This document shows positions 53,497-64,000 of a stretch of DNA of 64,000 bases, one piece after another; within the stretch, counting starts at the first letter, position 1; each line of letters starts with the position of its first letter. The notes beneath the pieces were generated by a model, which was not told the origin of the DNA, searched no databases, and saw only the letters and a list, made by a program, of their open reading frames with translations. Both the position numbers and the translations under genes were made by a program. The DNA is taken from positions 1,550,001-1,614,000 of the forward strand of contig JAUFOQ010000004.1 in the NCBI GenBank assembly GCA_040285855.1, written 5' to 3'. The DNA is from Eukaryota sp. GEM-RC1. Lineage: Eukaryota.

Positions 53497-54105
53497 TTGA
53501 TCTCGTCCCTTCTAATGATTACCTCATCAAATGCTTCAGCCAGGAGTATGACCATCATAATGAATAACAAGAAATACAGAGGAGATTTTTTTCAACGTCT
53601 TAAGCAACTTGATGTAAGTGTTAATCCTTCAATGTCCATGTCGTTGATAGAATTGTTAAAAGTTAATTCTACAATTACAAGTGTTAATCTGTTTATGAAC
53701 TCTATTGGAGATGAAGGTGTTAGAGCTTTGGCAGATGCATTAACAGTTAATGATACAGTAACAAGTGTTAATCTGGGAGACAATTTCATTACAGATGAAG
53801 GTGTAGGTGCTTTGGCAGAGGCGTTAAAAGTTAATACTACAGTGACTAGTGTTAATCTGAGTCACAACTCTATTGGATCTGAAGGAACAACATTATTGTC
53901 AGATGCATTAAAAGTTAATGTTACGTTGACAAGTATTGATTTGTATAATAACAGTGTTGGATATGAAGGTGTCAAAGCATTGGCAGATACGTTAAAAGAC
54001 AACACAACTGTTACAGTTCTTGATCTATGTGGAAACTCTTTTTCAGACGAAGGTGTTAGAGCTGTAATTGATGCTTTAAAAGTCAATAGTAAAATTAAAT
54101 TTTAG
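53497..54105 (+). pseudogene. RI-type LRR gene, N-terminally truncated or degenerate
   Basis: About 6 NSIGDEGVxALADALKVNxTVT repeats, related to 8070-9812. No convincing full-length N-terminus. Confidence 0.75.
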
Positions 54106-54435
54106 GATTGAGCTCACTGTAACCTTTGCTAATCTGTTTTCGTATGTATTACTTAATATATTCATGAAACGCTTTTTGTTGTTAGATAATAATTAGCACT
54201 TCATGACAGATGAAAACTTTAGCAACCAACAACCTTGATCCAGACACCGGATACCTTACAGGTATCAGTAAATAGATCACATTTGAAACATTTGAACCAG
54301 CTACCGATTTCATTGAGAGGTGATGTATAACAACAAAAATGAAGTTTCCGGTAACTGTAGGTTTCGAGTTGAATTATGATACAATTATTCAAGTGGATGT
54401 ATTAGACATGTACATGTAGTTGATATCATCAAAGA

Positions 54436-55860
54436 TTAAACAGAGCCGCTAAAAGGAAGTATTTGAATCGAATTACGGCCATGTTTCTGTTTGGTATCAA
54501 ACCAAATTCCAAACTCGGAGAAATCTGGAATATAACCACACACAAAGTCTACTACAGAATTATGCAACTTTGATTCGGTCTTACGACTACTATTATGATA
54601 GTCAAATTCTACCGAATACAAATAGTGTTGTTTGTAGGGCTCATAGAGAGGTGCATCTCCCTTAAATTTAGAATGCAAGGATGACGGAGCATGTACATTT
54701 CTGGCCCTACCTGGAACTATAATATTACAATGATGTTGAATTGGAATCTTTGGATTTCCTGTATCAACAATTCTGAATAAGAACCCACGTGGTGCTGGTG
54801 ATTTTTTCTCAGTCAAATCGGTATCCCATGTTCCAATTATTCCACAAAATCCTGAGTGGATATTAATAGTAAATGACTGGCCAGGATTTAAGGCCAAAAA
54901 TGCTTCAGAATGAAACGGTAGTTCCGGCGCAGTGGTAAAATGATATAGAAGAGAAATACACTCAACGGTTTGATTTGATGAAACCATAATGAAACTACCA
55001 CATTTGTTGATAAATTCAGACCTCGTTTCACCATTATATTGGATTGATTGATCCAAATCTGTAGTGACGTCATCGGACTCTTGTTGACTTTTAGTGACTT
55101 TTGTGCTAATTATGTTACTAAAGTAGGACTGTAATTGAGGTTCGTCAGCTACTATAGAAATAACAGCTTTGTCCCAACAATTCCCTGGGAATTTAACTGA
55201 TTCTACTTTAGTCAATAAGCGCTCTAACTCACGAACTTCAATAATTCCAGATCCAACACTTAAAAATAGTGACTGTAAGTACCATTGAAGGAACTCAATG
55301 GATTGATCAGATCTACTTGAAAGAAAAGACACTAAATTGGCACTTAAAACGACAGGCGGGAGCGTGGCAGATGAAAGACCGATGACTAAATTGTTCACTT
55401 TCTCACTAACTTGTTGGTGATCAGCTTCTAAGTCTTTGTAGATAGCTTCATCCTTCAAAAAAGATGCTTGAGAAGACCAGGATATCAGCCAGTGGGGACT
55501 TTCTATGTGAGTAGAGAGATGATTTAGGCACGAGGTGCGGATAGAATCAACAATGAAGTAGCGAGAGCAGTAGAAGTAGAGGTAACAGTTGGTGTGGTCA
55601 ATGTCCAGGGATCCCCCGTAAAAGTAACCAAAGAAGTTACGCAAGATTCTGAAGGGTATATTGAGTTTGTTGGATAGGTCAAGTTCTGCTTCATCGGAAT
55701 CAGCATAACCTCCCATAAAAAGAGTTTCAAAATACGATGAATGAGTAAGTAATATACATCGATGAAGGTGAAGAGATTGTCCTCGGTGAGTGACAGTAAA
55801 GTCTGAGACAGTTTCTGAGTCAAAGAGTTGAAGAAGCTTTGTTGAAGGATCGAGTTTCAT
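54436..55860 (-). CDS. BTB/POZ(-BACK-like) protein, array copy 1
   Basis: SDFTVTHRGQSLHLHRCILLTHSSYFETLFMGGY..FFGYFYGG. Start placed at MKLD by comparison with the paralogs. Confidence 0.9.
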   Translation of the reverse strand: MKLDPSTKLLQLFDSETVSDFTVTHRGQSLHLHRCILLTHSSYFETLFMGGYADSDEAELDLSNKLNIPFRILRNFFGYFYGGSLDIDHTNCYLYFYCSRYFIVDSIRTSCLNHLSTHIESPHWLISWSSQASFLKDEAIYKDLEADHQQVSEKVNNLVIGLSSATLPPVVLSANLVSFLSSRSDQSIEFLQWYLQSLFLSVGSGIIEVRELERLLTKVESVKFPGNCWDKAVISIVADEPQLQSYFSNIISTKVTKSQQESDDVTTDLDQSIQYNGETRSEFINKCGSFIMVSSNQTVECISLLYHFTTAPELPFHSEAFLALNPGQSFTINIHSGFCGIIGTWDTDLTEKKSPAPRGFLFRIVDTGNPKIPIQHHCNIIVPGRARNVHAPSSLHSKFKGDAPLYEPYKQHYLYSVEFDYHNSSRKTESKLHNSVVDFVCGYIPDFSEFGIWFDTKQKHGRNSIQILPFSGSV

Positions 55861-55893
55861 GAAGGAAAATTTGGATTTCATTTTGGTTCTAGG

Positions 55894-57024
55894 CATACTT
55901 GTGGATCACAAACACATGTGATCACATTGTGTTTGTGATCACATGTGATCACACTGGCCTTTTTTTGTGATCACATCACTTGTGATTCAAATGTGATCCA
56001 TACTGAAGTGAAGTCATTAATATAATACATGTATGTGATAAACCTAGACCAGTTGTAATTGTTCAACAACACTCTACAGTATAGAGCACAAGATTAGAGT
56101 CTAATCTGGTGCTCGAAAACTACATTTACCATTTCCCCACAATGCCATCACTTCCTTTTCTCCGATCCGATTGTAATAAGGACAATCCGCTCTACCAGCT
56201 TGTGAAAGTTCGTGAAAACACATCAGGTAAGGAAGACTTTCAATGTCAATGGTGCTATAAGATATCAAACAATAATATATCATACAATAGATTTTACCAC
56301 AAAACTTACTACTTCTGAAATCATTAATTTGGCTGTCCATCAATGGTGGTACTCTGTTGGTAAACAGCTTTATCCACAGTTGAGTCAATTAGCTCAAAGA
56401 ATTACAGGCCATACTGGTTCAGCATCTACAACAGAAAGGAATTGGTCTTCATTAGACTTCCAGGTGTCCAAAAGAAGGTTGAAATTGACCAACGATCATT
56501 TGGATGACGATTATTCATTTCAATACTCCTCTTCTAAAACAAGAACCCAAAAATTTGAATCTCGGTATTCTCAAAGTATTCTAGAGTGGGGGATGTTCTT
56601 TAGGATGTGGAAATGTGGGTCTTTAGTGTTGTTGGCAGAAGAAGAACAACCGGCAGATACAATGGATGTGGTAGCAAATGTTGATTTGAGAGGTGTTGTT
56701 GACGACATCACAGTTGACGATGAGGATGATAAAGAGGATATTGGAGAAACTTTTGTGATCGAAGATTCAGATATGGAGGAGCACATTGATGTAGATTGGT
56801 CTCAGGACAGTGAAATAGATCGTGTTCGCAAAAGAAAGCTGTATGGTTATGTTATTTCGACATGTATAAATATTATAATACATTATTATCAACTTTATTT
56901 TCCCCAATAAACAGTATTTGTGATCACAATTTGTGATTGTGATCACATGTGATCGTGTGATGTGGTTGTGATTGTGGTTGTGATTGTGATCACACTGACA
57001 AAACGAGTGTGATCAACAAGTATG
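55894..57024 (+). mobile_element. Non-autonomous hAT transposon (internal deletion derivative), 1131 bp
   Basis: 17-bp TIR CATACTTGT(G/T)GATCACA; 8-bp TSD GTTCTAGG at 55886-55893 and 57025-57032; dense GTGATCAC subterminal repeats; BED-like FQCQWC; dimerisation motif WWYSVG..PQLSQLAQRI..SASTTERNWS. Confidence 0.95.
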
Positions 57025-57032
57025 GTTCTAGG

Positions 57033-57131
57033 ATTAGTTACAGATCACAAATTATTATGATGTGATTGTTGTGACATTAAATATCACAACTAGAAGGTCA
57101 ACAATGTGTGATTTGCAACTATGGTTCTAAG
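57033..57131. mobile_element. Orphan end of a related hAT element
   Basis: TGTGATTTGCAACTATG (57107-57123) resembles the TIR. It is preceded by GTGAT/ATCAC repeats and followed by GTTCTAAG. Confidence 0.55.
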
Positions 57132-57134
57132 TGA

Positions 57135-59319
57135 ATAACATAACTGGTCCTTCTGGTATAACACTTGATCTTATTAAAGCAGTTTGTCGCCAAAATCCAA
57201 TGATTTTAGACGATTTATCGGAGTTCTTCAATGATGTTCTTCAGTTAAGATTCTAGAAGACACAATTTGTCAGGAAATCTCTGACTAAATTCAAATATAA
57301 AGTTTTTCCCTCCACTAATGAAAGCAGCTTTTGTCCAGTATCTAGAACTTGTAAACCCTATTCCACCTAAACTAACATTAGAGAAAATATGATTTTTCAA
57401 TAAATTCGGGTTGACTTGCAAAAGATAAGCCAAGAATTCTGTTCTAATTTTGTTGAAAGCCCGACAGAAATCAATTGATAACTCAGGGGCCAGAGATCGT
57501 AAAAGATGGGTGATTCTGCCAGAATAACACACTTTCAGCAGAAAGAACTTCAAGTGTTTTTCTAGAGCCAGGGCTTTAATCTGATTCAGTTCACTTAATA
57601 TCATCAATTACCAGTTCTTCTAAATGATGAGCAATTATAAAACATATAGCAATGTTGAGTTCAAGGCCTATTTCCTTATACAAAATAGAAACTTCCGATG
57701 CAACTTTTTGCAAAGTAGACTTTGGTGCAATTAACGAAATGTCGTCCATGTAAGCAACAATTTCCAAATCTTCATACTTCTTTTTGAGAAATTGTAAAAT
57801 GGGGTTAATGGCCAAGCAGAAACAGAAGGGCCCCAATGGATCTCCTTGCTTGACTCCTGATTGAGAAGACAAAGTGAAAGAATTGTAGACAAGATCTGAG
57901 GAAGGACCATAAAAAACACTGAAAAAGGATTGAAGTTCAGGAAAAGTTTGCTGAATTTGCGAAAAGATAGCTGAACGTTTGACTGAATTAAACGCATTCT
58001 TGAAATCCAAATTAAAAACACAGTTAGCTGTTGCTGATTTGAAAAAAAGATCAGAAAATAAGGCAGCTACTGTGACACCATCTATCGTTCTAATACCATA
58101 TTGAAAAGGATTCAGAAATTTTTAGCTTTTTCCGAAAACCTTGCAAAAACTAAACCAGACAAGATTCGATATAAAGATTCTCCAACAGCTATCGGACGAA
58201 TTTTACCATTAGCCTTGGTTAAAGCAACCCAGCGTGATGATGACATTTCTTTTGGGACTTCAATTTCTCTCGGAAAACAAGTGGACCAAACTTCTGGACT
58301 AAGTGAACTGACTTCGACTTCTTTACGAAGACTATTCAAATAGAAACTGTTTACAGATAAATTCAGGATATCCCAGAAAGAAGTTTGGTTTCTTTAAGGT
58401 TTGCTCTAAAAAAGCTTCAGCATCATCTTTCGAAACATTTTGAAAGTTTGGATTTTGTTGTTCGCATTAGCTCGGCTAAACAAACTAATCCTACTTTCGC
58501 TAATTTTCTGTTAGATTTACAGGATAGCTCTGCATCAGCTTTCCTCAATCAAATTCCGCAAATTTACGGATTGTTACTAGATGATCATCAGTGGACCACT
58601 ACAATGCGTTTAAGATGCTTTTTATGGCCTCATAATCTACCCAATGATTGTTACTGCAAATGTGGACAATTGGTAACGTTATCTCATACATCTTCATGTT
58701 CGCATTACAAAACTTATCGATCTGCCATTCATGACCCTGTACGCGATCAGCTACATGCCATGTGCAAATCTTACAAAATTGAATCCTTCATTGAACCTTT
58801 GCTGAGATCTCTGACATCAATCAACATTCCAAAAAAAGAAAATTCTTATGGGCAAAGACGTGCTGACTTGATTATACCTTCATCTTCTGAATCTCTGACA
58901 GTTATCGATGTTGTTTCAGTGGATGTGTGCAAAAAAAGTTGTAACAAGTTTGTTACAAAGGAAATCTCACCTTTAGACATTGCTGAAAATAACAAGCAAA
59001 GAAAGTATGCTGATCCTTTGAAAGACCTGAAACACATTGTCCATGTTGAATATTCACTTGTCCCATTTGCGATTTCCATATATGGTAGATTTGGCAAATT
59101 GGCCTTGAAGTTCCTTGATGAATTTGCAAAGGTTGTAGCTCGTAGAACTAACAAAATATTTGATCGTTCTTTTGGCAGAACCGAATTGTCTTTACGATTC
59201 TAAAGGCAGTTCCCACAATGAATTCAAAAGCTTTGTTATCCCTAAGTGTGTATTATGAAGACAAAGCTTCAACAAGGTTCGATTCGAAGGAATCTTGTTT
59301 TGATGACATTGGGTATTAG
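57135..59319. mobile_element. CRE-like non-LTR retrotransposon (RT + Cys/His finger + REL endonuclease) with internal inversions
   Basis: Plus strand: GPSGITLDLIK (57146). Minus strand: IRPIAVGE, DFKNAFNSV, GVKQGDPLGP, AYMDD. Plus strand again: CKCG..HTSSC, HDPVRDQL, RRADLII..IDVV, AENNKQRKY, stop at 59319. Confidence 0.9.
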
Positions 59320-59777
59320 ATCATCTTTTTTATTTTCGAATAAATATATTGTTACAAAAGAAGCTGCTTTCAAATATTTAATTAATTATTTCAACTTACC
59401 ATTCGTCCAATTCAATTTTAAGATACGGTCGTTAATGTTACGTCTTATGTCTACACATTGATTTCTGTGCCAACTATATTGCTCAGCTCAATCTAAATTT
59501 GTGCTCGAAATCTACATTTGTTCCATCTAACATGTCTGCGTCTTGAGAAGAACGTTAAAAATAGCCTCAATGCAGAATTGATTTACGGTAGATGTGTGAG
59601 TTTGATTGTAAATAATTCAGTTTATTCATTAAGGAAAATCGTTGTATTTATTTCTCTGATGTTCAAGTTTATTAACTCAATTGCTACCCAGCTGTAGTGT
59701 ATCATTGATGTAGATTTCGACCAAAACCAAATTTGGCACATTTTGAATTCTTTCATCTCAATATTAACTAACTTCTA

Positions 59778-61163
59778 TCAAACAGACCCACTGAAAGGGA
59801 GAATTTGCAAAGAGCTATTTGCGCCTTTCTTCATGTCAAACCAAATTCTTAAATAATCAGAATTTAGTGAAAAATCAACAACGAAATTGCTCAAATGTCT
59901 CAACTCAGGAACAACGCTATAGTCGAATTCAATCTTATATTGGTTTGGACAGTGTCGATCAGATTTAAAATGTAACCATGCTGGAGCAGCAACAACATCG
60001 GTCGCATCTGGAACTACAATAGTACAAAGATGTTCAACACACGTCGAGAAAATGAATTCAATAGGAGGTCTCTTGAATTCAATATCGTGGTAATTGAATT
60101 GCCCAATTACCCCTTCAAATCCGGCATATACTCTGAGAGTGAAAGATGTACCCGGTTTAACGTTGATAGATGCTTTTGGATGGAAAGGTAATTCTTGAGT
60201 AGAACAAAATTGATATGGAAGAGAAACACACTCAACATATTGACCTTCTGCCGCAATAGATCTTTTAAGGAAGACACCGAAGCTTTCCACGAAGGGCAAC
60301 TTCTTACTGGACTTAGTAGAGGTTTCAGCAATTGGCAGATCCACACATGATCTTGCATCAGGAGACTTTTGTTGACTCGTAATCATTTTGGTGTTGACTA
60401 TGTTACTAAAATAGGACTGTAATTGAGGTTCTTCAGCTACTATAGAAATAACAGCTTTGTTCCAAAAATTTCCTGGGAATTTAACTGATTCTACTTTGGA
60501 GTCCAAAGTTTGGACAATAATCTTTCTAATTGACACACTTCAATAATTCCAAGATCCAACACTTAAAAATAGTGACTGTAAGTACCATTGAAGGAACTCA
60601 ATGGATTGATGAGATCTACTTGAAAGAAAAGACACTAAATTGGCACTTAGAACGACAGGTGGGTGCGTATCAGATGAAAGACTGATGACATAATTGTTCA
60701 CTTTCTCACTAACTTGTTGGTGATCAACTTCTAAGTCTTTGTAGATAGCTTCATCCTTCAAAAAAGATGCTTGAGAAGACCAGGATATCAGCCAGTGGGG
60801 ACTTTCTAAGTTAGTAGAGAGATGATTTAGACATGAAGTACGAACAGAATCAACAATGAAGTAGCGAGAGCAGTAGAAGTAGAGGTAACAATTGGAGTGG
60901 TCGATGTCAAGGGATCCCCCGTAAAAGTAACCAAAGAAGTTACGCAAGATTCTGAAAGGTATATTGAGTTTGTTGGACAGGTCAAGTTCTGCTTCATGGG
61001 AATCAGCATAACCTCCCATAAAAAGAGTTTCAAAATACGAAGAATGAGTCAGTAAAATACACCGATGGAGGTGAAGAGATTGTCCTCGGTGAGTGACAGT
61101 AAAGTCTGAGAAAGTATCTGAGTCAAAGAGTTGGAGAAGCTTTGTTGAAGGATCGAGTTTCAT
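59778..61163 (-). CDS. BTB/POZ protein, array copy 2 (frameshift near 60550)
   Basis: BTB region nearly identical to copy 1. C-terminus ends LQILPFSGSV. Confidence 0.85.
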
Positions 61164-61655
61164 GAAGGAAGATGAAAATTGAAATTAATACACATTTGTA
61201 ATATATTCAGAAGTTCATGTAACATTATAATCATTACAGGAATTTTTCTCATGTTGTTAAGAAACTCAGATCTCAAACTGTGGTGTTTTGATGTGTTTAT
61301 AGTGTCACTACACACACTCTACTCACTTCTGCTCTTTCCCACATCATTCAAGAACCGCTGAGAACCATTCAAAGCTCAAAATTCGTCATTATTATAGGAG
61401 ACATCAATAAAAGTATTACCCTTTAAACTACTTCGACCATTCCTGTAACGTCCAATCCGAAGACATTATAAGCCATTGTAATTTTTTCGGCGCTGTTTTG
61501 CAATACAGTTAATGTTTGGACATAACCATTGAAACAGTTTGACCATGTCTCTATTTTCCAAAAATTCTACATTCAACTGAGTCGACCAATTTCCAGCGTT
61601 TGTAACAGTGAATTGATGTATTTTGAATTAATGCAACTTAAATTAAAAAAACTAA

Positions 61656-61870
61656 CTAAACAGAACCACTATAAGGTAGAATTTGCAACGAGCTATTCGG
61701 AGTTTTCTTCATGTCAAACCAAATCCTTAAACAATTAGAGCTAAGTGAAAAATCAACTACAAAATTCTTCATGTGAGTCATTTCATAGCCCATACTATAA
61801 TCAAACTCAACCATATACTTATGAGGAAATTGCCTATCAGATTTAAAATGCAACGACGTCTGAGCAGAGA
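61656..61870 (-). pseudogene. BTB-family C-terminal fragment (array copy 3)
   Basis: SLHFKSDRQFP..EFDYS..LRIWFDMKKTPNSSLQILPYSGSV, with no upstream BTB domain. Confidence 0.8.
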
Positions 61871-62527
61871 TTCTGCTTTTGTTGAAGGGAATCAATGTCC
61901 GATAACCTTTGTGTCCAATTCCTCAACGCAAACAATCACATTTAGGGGTGTTGTTTTAAAGTGGTTGATGTCTAATTAAGACTCTTAGTTAAGAGAAGTC
62001 AGTTCACAGGTTAGGTGACAGCCGGGACCTTATCCATCTTAACAATGGACATCAAGTTTTTGGATACTTTGATCCACTATATTGTGTGGATAAACTGTTT
62101 TGTCTTACTACTGATTTAGTTTATTCTATCTTTAAGTAGTTTCTTGTGTTGAAGAAAAAGGGTCAATCCCAGATACTGAACATGCATTCTAAGCTCAACC
62201 ACAATATGTGTTAGAAATGTATAATGGTACCATCTGCAGAATATGTTAATGGTAAATTGGTAAAGTATTCATAATTGCTAAACTGATTTAGGGAAGGGGT
62301 GTAAATCACTGTACTAGTATGTAAGTATGTAAGTAAACGTTTAATACATTTCTTTCATGTCCAAATTAACCAAATCATTTATCACCCTGTTGTTCAAGAA
62401 CTGTTTTTCAATTTATCAGCCAATTATAGTGTACAAAATGAGTGTTCCAAAGATACATATATTTTTATTAACGAATCACAATTTAAAACATTTTGAAATA
62501 TTTCAGCTGAAATTTCTCTAATTTTCA

Positions 62528-63920
62528 TCAAACAGACCCACGGAAAGGGAGAATTTGTAAATAGCTATTCGGAGTTTTTTTCATTTCAAACCAAATTCTT
62601 AGAAAGTCAGAATTTAGGGAAAACTCAACAATGAAATTGCTCATATGTCTCAACTCAGGACACCCGCTGTAGTCAAACTCAACCTTATAGTGGTTGGGAA
62701 ATTGTCTATCGGCTTTAAAATGTAACGACGACGGAGCAGAGACAACATCGGTCGCTCCTGGAACTACAATAGTACATCGATGTTCAATGTCTGAGGGTGT
62801 GTGTTTCAAATTCGAGAACATGAATCCAATAGGAGATCTCTTCGATTCAATATCGTGGTAATTCCATTGTCCAATTACACCTAGAAATCCTCGATATACT
62901 CCAAGACTGAAAGATACACCAGGTTTGACATTGATGGATGCTTTTGGGTGGAAGGGATATCCCAAATTAGAACAAAAGTCAAACGGAAGAGAAATACAAT
63001 TGACATAATAACACCCAGATTGATCAGTTATTTTGAGGAAATCACCATAGCTTTCCACAAAGGGAAACTTCTGATTGGAATCAGTACACACAGCAGCAGA
63101 TGGCTGCTTCGCACACACTATGACGTCATCGGACTCTTGTTGACTTTTAGTGACTTTTGTGCTGATTATGTTACTAAAATAGGACTGTAATTGAGGTTCT
63201 TCAGCTACTATAGAAATAACAGCTTTGTCCCAACAATTTCCGGGGAATTTAACTGCTTCTACTTTAGTCAATAAGCGCTCTAACTCACGCACTTCAATAA
63301 TTCCAGATCCAACACTTAAAAATAGTGACTGTAAGTACCATTGAAGGAACTTAATAGATTGATCAGATCTACTAGAAAGAAAAAGACACTAAATTGGCAC
63401 TTAGAACAACAGGCGGGAGCGTATCAGATGAATATTGCCCAATGACTAAATTGTTCACTTTCTCACTAACTTGTTGGTGATCAACATCTAAGTCTTTGTA
63501 GATAGCTTCATCCTTCAAAAAAGAAGCTTGAGAAGACCAGGATATCAGCCAGTGGGGACTTTCTTTGTTAGTAGAGAGATAATTTAGACATGAAGTACGA
63601 ACAGAATCAACAATGAAGTAGCGAGAGCAGTAGAAGTAGAGGTAGCAATTGGTGTGGTCAATGTCCAGGGATCCCCCGTAAAAGTAACCAAAGAAGTTAC
63701 GTAAGATTCTAAAGGGAATATTGAGTTTGTTGGACAGGTCAAGTTCTGCTTCATCGGAATCAGCATAACCTCCCATAAAAAGAGTTTCAAAATACGATGA
63801 ATGAGTAAGTAAAATACATCGATGAAGGTGAATAGACTGTCCTCGGTGAGTGACAGTAAAGTCTGAGAAAGTTTCTGAGTCAAAGAGTTGAAGAAGCTTT
63901 GTTGAAGAATCGAGTTTCAT
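62528..63920 (-). CDS. BTB/POZ protein, array copy 4 (frameshift near 63375)
   Basis: Same N-terminus as the other copies. Upstream 63921-64000 matches 61164-61243. Confidence 0.85.
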
Positions 63921-64000
63921 GAAGGAAGATGAAAATTGAAATTAATACACATTTGTAATATATTCAGAAGTTCATGTAACATTATAATCATTACAGGAAT

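Noticed and set aside
55894..57110. GTGATCAC repeat clusters as a CRISPR-like array
   Set aside because: Short, irregularly spaced units with no unique spacers. They are hAT subterminal repeats inside TIRs.
1..64000. Programmed frameshifting or an alternative genetic code as the cause of the split ORFs
   Set aside because: Breaks fall mostly at homopolymers and also hit UTP12. TAA, TAG and TGA all end apparently genuine genes. Sequencing error or decay is the simpler explanation.

Overview
This window is 64 kb of AT-rich, intron-poor eukaryotic (protist-type) nuclear DNA read with the standard code. Many single-base frameshifts sit at homopolymers, even in housekeeping genes such as UTP12, and are probably long-read errors; gene models below are stitched across them by eye. 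Left to right: (1) an apparent single gene joining the end of a kinesin motor, two H-type lectin domains, TM helices and a processive GT2 glycosyltransferase, with five 29-34 nt introns; (2) a decayed Fanzor1 (eukaryotic TnpB-like RNA-guided nuclease) with a C-terminal zinc knuckle and a palindromic left-end repeat array; (3) an RI-type LRR gene, tRNA-Arg(ACG), PAAF1/RPN14, an RNase MRP RNA missed by the ORF track, and UTP12/DIP2; (4) a kinesin-7/RCC1 fusion; (5) two tandem giant (>4,000 aa) surface-protein paralogs, the second 5'-truncated and hit by a TA-flanked MITE; (6) a mosaic tandem array of BTB genes interrupted by a hAT element with an 8-bp TSD and by a scrambled CRE-like non-LTR retrotransposon. 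All family assignments come from recognising motifs; no database search was run.
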